Source: Ramazzottius varieornatus
Taxonomy: Eukaryota; Animalia; Tardigrada
Assembly: GCA_001949185.1 (NCBI GenBank)
Contig: BDGG01000002.1
Location: 2,105,826-2,169,825, forward strand
DNA length: 64,000 nucleotides
Direction: 5' to 3'
Under the pieces are notes generated by a model. It was not told where the DNA came from, did no database searches, and worked only from the letters and a program-made list of their open reading frames with translations. Positions 16,755 to 27,266 of this stretch are shown here, piece after piece; within the stretch, counting starts at the first letter, position 1; each line of letters begins with the position of its first letter. The position numbers were made by a program, and so were the translations under genes.

Positions 16755-17428
16755 TTAGACAGCGTCATCGTCGAACTTTCGGCTTGCTTTGATGGTGGCC
16801 AGGAGATCGTGGTAGGCCTTGCGCTCTCGTGCAGCTTTTCGGTGCAGACGGCGGGTGGCGAAGAGGAAGAAGGAGGTGGCGATGATGAGGCTAACCATCA
16901 TTCCGCCCAGCGCGATGTACAGCATTCGGATATCGTCGTCCAGGTCCTCGATGGCCTTGTTCAGGGGAACATTTTCCATGTGGCATTTGTTCTGAAGATC
17001 CTCGTAGAGCTCCATCGTGACATCAACGAAACGCTGGGATAGGAGGTCTTCGCCCATGTTATGGTCGCGGGTGTATTGCTGGAAGAGCTGCAAAAAGTGT
17101 GGGCGTTTAGACAAAAATAATTAAGATGGGCGTATATCGTGGGAAACATGGTCAGCATAAATCGGTAAAATGGTAGTATTTCGTCAGTGCACTAATCTGA
17201 ACACTTTAAAGACGTAGTTGAAAGGAGGAAAATATTTAGGAACACCAAATCGCGATAATTTATTAGAGGTAAACTTACTTGAAAGACTTGCTTGCCGAAT
17301 GGAGCTATTTCCGTGACGATGGCTGGTGCCAGCCTTTTGACCGCAATCAACAATTTGTCCATCATGAGCGCATTCGTGGAGAATGACCCAAAGGCGAGCA
17401 AAAGAATGAACAGCGGGATGAAAACCAT
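16755..17428 (-). CDS. Small type-I membrane protein (about 160 aa) of unknown function inside the transposon; exons 17428-17279 and 17087-16755
   Basis: Signal peptide MVFIPLFILLLAFGSFSTNA; phase-0 GTAAGT...TTTTGCAG intron; TM LYIALGGMMVSLIIATSFFLFA; basic tail RRLHRKAARERK; no stops. Confidence 0.75.
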
Positions 17429-18010
17429 TTTGAAGGTCTTTGTTGCGGAAAAGGAGGATGAAACGGGATGATGTGGACTGGAGGAGAATGCGAGCAGTGA
17501 GCAAGGCAAAAGCAAAAGTGATCTGGGCTCGAAATAAAGCACAAGGTGAAGGACGCTATGCACAAGTGACCAGTGGTGGGCTGACCCCGTATAGGTGCAC
17601 TTTATCTTGTCTTACTGCCAGATAACAGGGAAACGCACGACGAAATGTCCACGCAGCAGTGGACACAGAACCAAGCGAACAAGTGGCATTGTCTTCCAGT
17701 GGACATGCGTATCAAAGAATGTTACGTGATAATGCTGATCATGATTTATCTAGGCCTCACCGGAGTGTCGGCTAGCGCTGCATTAACAGTCCTAAGGACA
17801 AATAAAGCTGTAGTGATGATCGTAAGCACTATTGTTTTATAGGCAAGTTATCAATGTTTGTGTAGCAGGAATTCATGATAAGAATTCGCGGACAGTGTCC
17901 AGCTTTCCGAAGACTTAAACATTCCAATAAAGCGAATCGATTTCAGATTTCGATTTGTCTTGATAGCGCTTGATGCGAACCATGAACTGTAACCTTTGTT
18001 CCGCGCAATA

Positions 18011-21000
18011 ATGGCCAATGTTAAAGGTCCAGCATGGAAGTATTTTGAATCGTTAAATGTTTCGAGGGGGAACGAGGAAGTGAAGTGCGGGTTTTGTGGG
18101 AAAATTGTACAAATCGGCCAAGGGAGACCGTCTGGTGGACCATTTGTTAAAACGATGCCCCGCAGTCAGTAATGAGGCAAAGACCGCGGCAGGACATCCA
18201 GACACTACAACTACATTACCACAGCTTGTTGCGCAGGTTGAAGGGGATCAAGACGGACACGATTCTTCCGACGACGAAAGCGAGATAGGCGACGATGCCG
18301 AAGGTTAGCCGACGTAGACATTGTGCTAGGAATTATGATTTGCACTAATTTAACGCAAAAAATGAAACTGAAATTATTTTTCCTGTTCGGACTAAAGTTA
18401 CTTGAATGATCTGTACGCAAGTGTGTTTTGTTTATGTACTTCTTTTGCTTAACTATGTTTATCTGGCGCTTATCTGTTGTCGGTTATAGACACGTCCGAC
18501 GATGAACAGGAATATATGTCAGTGGAGGAACAAGAGGCTAGAAAATGGGGTGAAATAACATACTGCCTGCCAGCATTCCCTGATATCGATGTCACTGAAC
18601 TGAATGAAGAAGATGGACAGCCGGTTCCTGACCGTACCCTTACCGAGGAAGATATTCTGCAAATGGACGTGGATATTAACGATGATGTTAGAGTGTTCAG
18701 CAATGATGGACCAGATGCTGTGTGGTGGCAGGAAATTGAAACTGAAATGGTTCGACGAAAACCCGGAAATACCATCAACCTCAACCGCGCCGGCGAAAGC
18801 AGCCCCGAGTACTGCATCGTTCTCATCTGAGGTAAATACCGCACTTTCAAACACGATCACGTTTCCCTTTGCCACGTATAATAACTGAAATAAAATTTGT
18901 GCTCGCGTTTGACCAAACGTTTGCGTTGTGGTAATGCTCGCTGTTGACTGACTACTCATTTGAAATAAATGTTCATCGTGTAGTAAAATAACCATCAGAT
19001 GGGCGTGAAGCCGAGTTTGACAGATTATCCTATAAAATAGTTTTATGTTATCAGGAAAAATCACACGGGAAGCCGTGGATCGAAGCAATCGAGCACAGTC
19101 GCTACACGGACTTCGTCAGTAAACACCACGCGTGTACGAAACAGTACCATGCAATCCTGACGCAGGAACAACTCATGGGTAGACGGAAGTCTATTCGCTC
19201 ACTTGGTTATCACGCCCGATCGGTGTTCCTTGTCTCCTAAGTCATGACAGCTTTCCCACTGGACAGACAGCGGAACGCCAGATTCCTTTTTTCCTCCGAT
19301 CGACAAATTTGCCGTGAAGCTTTCGTCTACGCAAACGACATTACGAAATCTCGTCTTTACAGAGCTCGGAAACTTGTGAGCAACGAGTCCTTCGGAAATC
19401 TTCAGCATGGTCTAGCAGGAGCCAAGGGAACTTCCGCGTTGAAGAAACCTCAGATCGAAGGAGTACTGAGGTTCTTGGTGGAATACGGTTCACTTCATGG
19501 ACTGCCTGTGCCTACCGTTCAAGGAACAGGTACCGGTCTTCCAAATGTTTACCTTCCCACCAAGCTCGCGAAGGTGGAATTATGGGAAGGATACGAGGTT
19601 AGTTATACCATGTCGAACGCAGGCTCATTGCAGACCGTAATCTTCAACCGTAATGTGGTATAGCCGAAGATAAATGCATGACAAAAATGAAGAAGAGTTT
19701 GGCCAATTGTTCACTGACCAAATTCGGGCAGTAGTACAAGAAGCTGCCGCAGTGACGTCACTAAATATCATCGGTCCTTACTGTGAACATTGAGCTCTGT
19801 CGGCTAATCAGTTGGTCCGCACTGCCCTGTGTACGCGTGACGCGTCGATAGCCCTAGTGACGTCACTGTGGCAATCCATCCCTACTACATCGACGTCTCG
19901 TGTCAAAATGCTTTTTATTGAAGAGCTGATGGGCCTGCTCTTCGACATGTTCAACTGTCTTCGTTTCAGGAAAGAATGGTCGATCTCGGGCAAGCCGTGA
20001 AGCAGCAGAGTTTTTATAATATTTGGGACAAGTATGTGCGTCACCTAAAGATCCGCAGGGCTCACACGGACATGTGCAAAGTTTGCGATAAGTTGATCAG
20101 CAGAATTTATCACGGACCTCGAGATGACGCAGCGAAGCAGGCCGCAAAGGCCCACTGGGAAGTTCATCTCGAGCACGCAGCTCAGCAGAGAGCCCAGTAC
20201 AGGGAGAAAGTGCTGATGAGTAAACTGCAGTATAAAAACCTGGATCCTGAAACGAAGAAGTTTTCAACAATTGACGGCCGTAAGTAACAAACGGAAATAC
20301 AGAAGCTCGAAAACAACAACTGTACCCGTATCTGCATAATTGATCTATGGTTATAGGTACTGCAGTCCGTGTCGTTTCTTTCGACTTTGCCTCCCTGTCT
20401 CCCTCACCACACCGACCAGGCAGGCGCCATATACTTCAAGGTGAGTTCCTTTTCTGCAGACCTCCACCACGTTTGTAAGCATATCCGTTCACACAATTAA
20501 TCACGTGGAACCTCAATTCTTATCAATTATTATAGTCGCCACTGGGTGTCCACATTTTTGGCCTTGTCGACGAGTCAAACTCCCGGGTGTATTACATCTT
20601 CATGAATGAGTTAAACTGCATCGACCTAGACGGCAAGTACTCACATGGCCCAAACTCCGTGCTGTCCATGCTGGATTTCTTCCTCAAACAGTCCGACAAC
20701 GGTGAGCGTAATCTCTGCATCTATGCGGACAACTGCACCGGCCAGAACAAGAATCGGTTTACGATGGGCTGCCTTGCTCACTTGATCAAGACAGGCCGCT
20801 ACGATACCATAGAGATCCATTTTCTTCCTCCCGGACACACGAAATTCTCACCATACGCGTTTTTTGGCCTACTGAAACGTATCTTCCGCCGTTTCTCCAT
20901 CGACCGTCCGGACGAGATGAAAACGGAGATTGCCACTAAGGCAGCTTCTTCCCACACCTTTGACAAGGACGACGAGCCAGAATGGATTTGGAAAGACATA

Positions 21001-21450
21001 AATACCTTCGCCGAGGATCGGTATGAGTCCGTTCCTGGCATTAACGGTTCGTACCACTTCAAGCTTCATCGTGACGAGGAGCGCGGTGTCATTCTTCGAC
21101 ACTGTGCCAAGGAAGGAGGACCAACAACCGAAGTGCTGATGGAGGCGGCAAAGAACAAGACGTCCATCGTGCGGACCCGCAAACTGGTACGACAAGCTCC
21201 CGTCAAAGTTCTTGAGACCGGTGGGTTCTCCGCAACGAGAGCCAAAGAACTGCTGAAACAGTTACTGGAATATGTCACTTACAACAAACAAGACGAGTGG
21301 AGGAAGTTTATTACCACAAACGCCCCTGCGCCACCTTCAGTTGCTGTTCCAAAGCGAAGGACTGCTCCGGCTCCTCCAAACCCGCCTATGCCCCGTCCTT
21401 CGTTACAGCCTTCTGTTCCTGCACCACCCAAGCGTCAAAGAAAAAAGTGA
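18011..21450 (+). pseudogene. Decayed intron-containing transposase (BED finger, acidic region, Sola/DUF7869-like DDD domain)
   Basis: BED: AWKYF...KCGFCGK-(frameshift)-LVDHLLKRC. Also TDMCKVCD, SFDFA, IYFK|SPLGVHIFG, HGPNSVLSML, YADNCTGQNKN, GHTKFSPYAFFG. Frameshifts near 18103 and 20390; stop near 19238. Confidence 0.85.
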
Positions 21451-23063
21451 CTCCGATTTTTCTGCATTCTCCCGCTTCAGTTACTTCTTGCAATTACATC
21501 GTTTTACTGCACCGCATTTCTACTTAAAAATGGGTAGTTTAACATTTGCGTAAGTTTCATTTCTCCATAGAATCTCGCGCGTTTGTCTCCAATAGAATCT
21601 TCCAGCCTCGCTGAATAACCTGCCACCTTAAATATTCCCATTCACCTCCTTACGTTTTATCTTCGTTGAATTCGAGAACAATGCTACCGCGAGTTATGCG
21701 CAGCAGTTCCCTACCGAATTTAGTGCCATGCTTCCCATCCAATTTTGCACTAAATTTCATGTGAAGGCGGCATCGGCTTCCCACGGGCAAAAAACAGTGC
21801 ATACGCCCTTCCTTTTGGGGTGAATTTCAGCGTAAATTTTCAACCACCCGTTGTTTGTTCATTACCGCACCAAAGTGCACCGAATTGAACCTTTGATACA
21901 GTTCGATATTTCGAACAACTTCATGTCATAAAAGATCGATTCCCAGCCAAAATACTTTGGACGCATTCTCGCATGGAGATACCCATATGTTCCATGGTAG
22001 CGTTGACAGAAAATACCACACGCACGATGCGACCATAGCGTGTACCAACGCCATGATACTGACACGAGTTTTCTGCTGGGACACATTTAGATTGAATCCT
22101 GACGGCTTGAATGTTTGCAGCGGAACGATGACAGTTTTGTAAAAGTATGGAGGACAACGGCTCCATAAAGAACGATTGGTACCACGGCAATGCATGACAC
22201 CATCACCTCGCCAAATCCAGCTGTTACCAATGGCAAGCAGATTGGTGGACGAGCTAAACGAAATCTGGAGCCAATCCCCCAGCCAATCAACAAAGTAACC
22301 GTAACACCACAGAGCCATACAGCTGCTCAAAATCGACCGCTGATCTCTAACGAAACAACGTCACGGTAACGATGTGGATAAGCAACAGCGAACATCCTGC
22401 TGATGGCCAAGGCAAGTTCCGCAGTATTCGTCAAGATCAGCGGTCCGAAGGTCGGATACCTCGTTTAAAAGATTCGTACATGTATGCTGGCCTGGACCAA
22501 ATCTCCAGCCCATTCTGCTCAAGCAAGCAAGATCCAAAAGTTAGACGTTTCGTGCTGGGAGAAATTTTTGCGAAGAGAGCTAATGAACCAAACTGTGCAA
22601 ATTTTTCGAAGTAAATTCGGAGCAAGCAGGAACACCCAAACCAGAAAATACAACAGGCGAAAGTTCTGCGATGTCAGGACTATTTGTACAGCTATTACGA
22701 GTCGTACGAGTCGAGGACGAAAGTCTTGGACCCGGAGCGTTCGACAACTAGCCTTGTGGTGTTATCACTGTTTTACCTTTACGGGCTTGTTGCAGCTGCG
22801 CCACCTACAACAGATTCAGATAACACCTGGGTGCAGCTTTAGGTGAAGCCACCGAAACTTAAACTAGCTAGTGGTTCTGACCACTGGGAAGGCCGAGCAA
22901 AGGAGGCAAAAGATTATAGGCCACACATTTCTACTGCGTTACGTTGCAGTTGCGAGTAAAAAAATTCTGTTGCCCGGATCAAGTTACGCATTTGTTTTCA
23001 GTACAGAGTTTTCGATATGTGAAAGCTCGAACAATCTGATCGTTCATTGATATCTCGACAGAC

Positions 23064-24989
23064 TTAAAAAGGCCTCGCTTCGCTCGGCCTGAAAAGACAA
23101 AAAGGCGGACTTACAGTTGTTGGGTCAATTTCGTAATGACACGAATAGAAGTTCCGCGCAAAAGCGCTAATTATCAGCAGCTGATCCACCTGACAAGCTG
23201 TTGGTTTAAGGTCAGCAGGCGCGTTTCTCGGTACCAAGCCGGCGCACCGCGCGACGTCAAACGAAAGAAATCTGCTGCAAATTTCCTCCTTCCCAAACAC
23301 CGACCCTGTCACGTTGGCATTAATGACTTGCTCGGCGTGCAGGGAATAGTCAAGGCAGTTAGCAAGCCTAGTCCGAACCAGCTTGTCGTCCTTCGGGTTG
23401 GTGCACGCGGCCGAAGCCTGGACGAGATCTGCGAAAACCGTACGAAAGCCGTTAATTTGCACTCGGAAACGACGAACAAACAGAAAAGGATACCATCCAG
23501 ATCCAGCTGTCCATCCTCCGCATTGCTAAGGTAGATCGACCGAAGGCGGTCCAGACTGGCCAACATTGGCTCTCTGGTCCGACTAGTAATTGTGGCTGCC
23601 GTGGTACTCGAAACAGGCATACATTCCGGCCACTAAAATAAAACCCAAAATCAAAACTCTTCAATTAAGTGCGCTGATAAACAGTTCGAAGAAGACAAAA
23701 CTCACATTGGCTTTTAGTCTTTGCGCCATGAGACAGCGGGTGGAGAGTGGTGCACGAGGTCTGTCTGCAGAGGCAGTGTTGAACTCTCGATGAAAACAAG
23801 TCTGCCAAGTCAGGCCAGCCGGAACAGCGAAGGCCGGCTCCGTATCCAGGACTTCCTCACTGTTGAAAGTTTCTTCGGTCCTGTCCAGCAGTCCGCGCAG
23901 AGCATTGGCCTTCTTCACTATCGTGGTACCCGAAGCACTATTATTCGCCAGGAACGCTATGATCATACTGGGCAGCTCCGTAAAAGGTACTTCACGGTTC
24001 CACCTGACCAAGTTACACGCCTCTTCGTTCTCAAGCTCGGTTTTGTCAGCAACCGTAGTGACTGGTGGTAAAGTAGCTGCCTCGCGCTCGACATCGTTTC
24101 TTGTCTTCCATGGAGTAAAAGTTTTCCATATCCGAGTAGGTACTTGGTAACTTTCTGCTACTGGAGAAGGTGTAGGGATGATTGGTGTGCCGATTGGAAC
24201 CACCCTTTTCCCATTACTCCATTGACCAGTTGGCCTATTGACCGCAGTGCGAAACTCGTCCGACTGCGAAGGCGAGTAAGTTTCAGGGTGGCTGCCCTGT
24301 GTCTGCGGGTTCGTGTTATCCGTTACGTCCTTGTTGCTACTACCGAATTTCTTCCCCAGAAGCTTTGGCAGATGCTTGCCGGCCATTGTCAAGGCGGGTA
24401 TCAAGTACTTGCCGTATTTGCTGAAGGCGTCTCCTAGCCCTGACTTGGAGCTACCTTCTTCTCGGTGTTCAACTGATCGCTCAGAATAATCGTCGTATCC
24501 GCTAGAAGGCTGGTATTTTGAGCTGGAGGTACCACTGCCACTGGAGGAATGGGAAAGGAGGTCTTTGATAGATTGAAATATTCCTCCCGAAGAGCCGCGG
24601 GGTGTCTTCGTGCTTGCGGGTATGTACGAGTCGTCATAGTCATCGTTCCACCCTGACCGACTGTTCCCACTGGATGCGTACCTGGTTGTAGTCCGCCGAG
24701 AAGAGTAAGAGGAACCGTAAGGCGAACCGTAGGAGTAATCCTCGTCGTCTGGCCGCGATGAAGAGGCAGACGTACGACGGTTTGGATGATATGTTCCGGC
24801 AACAGGGTTTCCGGAGGGATAAGTTGCTTCTCTATAACCGGTATCTGTGGGGCGAGAGTTATATACATCTTCCGTATCGCCACTTGCTCGTCGACCTTGG
24901 ACATAGTAGCTTGGCCTGAATAGACTCACAAAAACTATACCAACTGCAGCGAGGAAGCTGCGAAAAGGAAAACGGGAAGTGACCACCAT
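23064..24989 (-). CDS. Orphan secreted protein: signal peptide, S/G/Y/D-rich disordered region, Cys-containing C-terminal domain; possible 1-nt frameshift near 23478
   Basis: 463-aa ORF with a hydrophobic N-terminus; GTGAGT donor at 23705 and an in-phase acceptor near 23633; downstream Cys-rich ORFs. Confidence 0.65.
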
Positions 24990-25428
24990 CTTGTTGAGCT
25001 CATCAGCAAGCGACACAGTAGTGATAGCGAAACTGGCCAAATCAAGGCACAACGGATTATTTCAGAAGATCACAAGAAGGAAAAGGAGGCCCACGGATTT
25101 AGCCGAACCATCTGCTGGCAGTTTTCGAACAAGTCAAAAAATGGAATAAGCAGAAGAAAATATGCAGTGTCTCAAAGCAATCGAGGAATAAGTATCCGTA
25201 ATCATCAATGGAGCAAAAGAAAACACCAAAATTTCCTTAAGTACGTGTACTAGTTTTACTTGCTTATTCAGCCACCGTATATGTCAGCCGTTTCTGCGGG
25301 CACACATGAGTACACCGAAGTTTCTTCGAAAAGTCCAGATGGGAATCTTGGGAAGCCGTTTGCAGGGTCAAAGGTCGACTTCGTAGTGTGATCTCAGCGG
25401 CGCTCTAACTTTTCTCGTACAGCGGGAA

Positions 25429-25501
25429 GCCGAAATAGCTCAGTTGGGAGAGCGTTAGACTGAAGATCTAAAGGTCCCGTGTTCAATCCACGGTTTCGGC
25501 A
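25429..25501 (+). tRNA. tRNA-Phe (GAA)
   Basis: GCCGAAATAGCTCAGTTGGGAGAGCGTTAGACTGAAGATCTAAAGGTCCCGTGTTCAATCCACGGTTTCGGCA is a canonical cloverleaf with A/B boxes, followed by a T-run Pol III terminator. Confidence 0.98.
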
Positions 25502-26465
25502 CACTTTTTGTCTCCGCTAATTGGTCCCATAACAATATAATTTTTAGCATCACACTAGTGCCAGGGGCTAGTGTGGGTGGCGCAAATCTTGTAGAGTTCC
25601 ATTGTTAGAAACAGAGAACCCGTTTTCAAGGTCTCATGTTCTGAGTACCATGCGTGCTATGGTACTTCCTCAAATTCAAGTGTGCCACAGGACACTATAA
25701 TGAATATCACAGCACATAATGCGTTACGGTCACGAGACTTTCGCGTCAAAGCTGAGGCCGGCGTTCTGCGAGGAAGTGCTGTATGTGTACTAAGTATCTA
25801 AAAATTTTGTGAACTTTGAACCCTACGTACGAGGAGGCTTGATTATTCGTAAGATGCTTAGTCATGCTGGACCATTGCTATCTGTGCTCGTACCAACATA
25901 TACCGGGCAAAATATGCTATCGCTTTCAAAATAGCGTGGGATAACCCTGATAGGTAAGCTTCGGTCTCCGAAACCTCCGCCTAAGAATTCAAACAAAACG
26001 GTTTGCGAACTTTTTTAAGTTCGCAATGCTAAATCCATCACTGACGAGCGAGACAAAGTTGGCCTCTCCTTCGCAGAGGGAAGGCCCCGCTGCATCGGCG
26101 AACGGTTTCCTTACGTTCAGATCAAAAACGATATGGACGACCGTATTGCGGAAATTCAAGTTCCATTTCGCCGAGCAGAGCTCTCCGAAACATGCTTTTA
26201 AACCGTAATTCCGTGACCTCAGATTTTGACGATTCGGTACGCACTACGGCGAAGATAATAGCCTGCTGAAGCGTAATTGTCAACATCACTTGGCAACCAA
26301 TACCCCGTTTTCAAGGGGCTTTTTGAGAGCTCAGAGTCTGATCTCTGCTAGTGCCCCCTCTTCGTACAATGGTAGGTAAGGACCTTTGAGATTCAGCAGT
26401 AAATACCAGAAAGAAGACAGGCATTTTTAGTAGTGTTTCTACCGTGAAAGCAGACCAAGCAATGA

Positions 26466-27266
26466 TCATCTACTTCGAACCACTTGTAAAGAGGCATCAT
26501 CGTGATCTACGGCCACATCAAGGTCCACATCATCGGTCACATCGAAGGCGGTATACGACCCATTACTCGCCGTTCTTCCCGACGGCCTCACACTCTCTTC
26601 CTTGTTAACCTGAAACGTGCTCTTGACACAATACTCTTGTACCGTCGTCGGTACCTTCACCCCATCCTTCTCGGCATCCGCTTTCGATGCCTCGACCTGC
26701 TCTTTCACTGTCCGTTCATATTCCTTATCCTTCTGTTCTTTCCACCTTCTGTACATTATCCCGGCGTCCACATTGGCCGGACTACTGGTGTTGGGTTCAC
26801 TCAGCAGGGAGATGATACTCATGATGACCGAGTGGGCGTTCTGCGTCGGATTCCAGCGTTCACAAGGAAGTTCGCCTGATCGTGTGTCGTTGCTGGCAGG
26901 GTGTAGGATACTGATGCAAACGTTACCGTTGTCATAGATGTTGGGATGCCATATCTTGTTGACGAACTTGACGGATGGTGGGCTAAAGGGGTATTCGGAT
27001 GGGAATTTCATCAACGCGCGGAAGTATCCGCCGGCGTAGAGGGTGTCTGGTGGACCGAATATGGCCACGTCCCATTCGAACATGTTGTCATCACGGAGTA
27101 GCTTTACCTGAAAGCCTTCGTTGGTTTCTTTCTGGAGGGACTGGAATTCTTGCATCAAAAGGCGGATGGCTGGGTTGTTGGAAGCGTGTTGTTTCGGTGG
27201 ACGTGATCGTCCTGGACGATGAGATCCGGAGAATAGTCCGGTTGTATTGGCATTGTTCGACGCCAT
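26466..27266 (-). CDS. CDC34: Ubiquitin-conjugating enzyme E2 of the CDC34/UBE2R family, intronless
   Basis: WDVAIFGPPDTLYAGGYF; WHPNIY..GNVCISILH with the catalytic Cys; family-specific insertion SGELPCERWNPTQN; EPNTSSPANVDA; GVKVPTT..EYC; acidic tail. Confidence 0.93.
   Translation of the reverse strand: MASNNANTTGLFSGSHRPGRSRPPKQHASNNPAIRLLMQEFQSLQKETNEGFQVKLLRDDNMFEWDVAIFGPPDTLYAGGYFRALMKFPSEYPFSPPSVKFVNKIWHPNIYDNGNVCISILHPASNDTRSGELPCERWNPTQNAHSVIMSIISLLSEPNTSSPANVDAGIMYRRWKEQKDKEYERTVKEQVEASKADAEKDGVKVPTTVQEYCVKSTFQVNKEESVRPSGRTASNGSYTAFDVTDDVDLDVAVDHDDASLQVVRSR

Larger units (their letters stand above)
16358..21984 (+). mobile_element. Sola1-like DNA transposon, 5627 bp, carrying a cargo gene
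   Basis: About 33-bp TIRs GGGTATCTCCATRCGAGAATGYGTCCAAAGYAT (3 mismatches). ATAT duplicated at 16354-16357 and 21985-21988, fitting the AWWT TSD of Sola1. DDD-type transposase inside. Confidence 0.85.
16255..22760 (-). pseudogene. Class A (rhodopsin-like) GPCR pseudogene split by the Sola-like insertion (5' part approx 22760-21985, 3' part 16357 to approx 16255 or beyond)
   Basis: TM3/ICL2 ELALAISRMFAVAYPHRYR; TM4 W; TM5; TM6 FLSTLPWNI. After removing the element it continues in frame as CVQAFPKLLVTQSWLSQAFRLLYASDYSVNS (TM7-like). It also has an internal stop and a frameshift. Confidence 0.7.
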
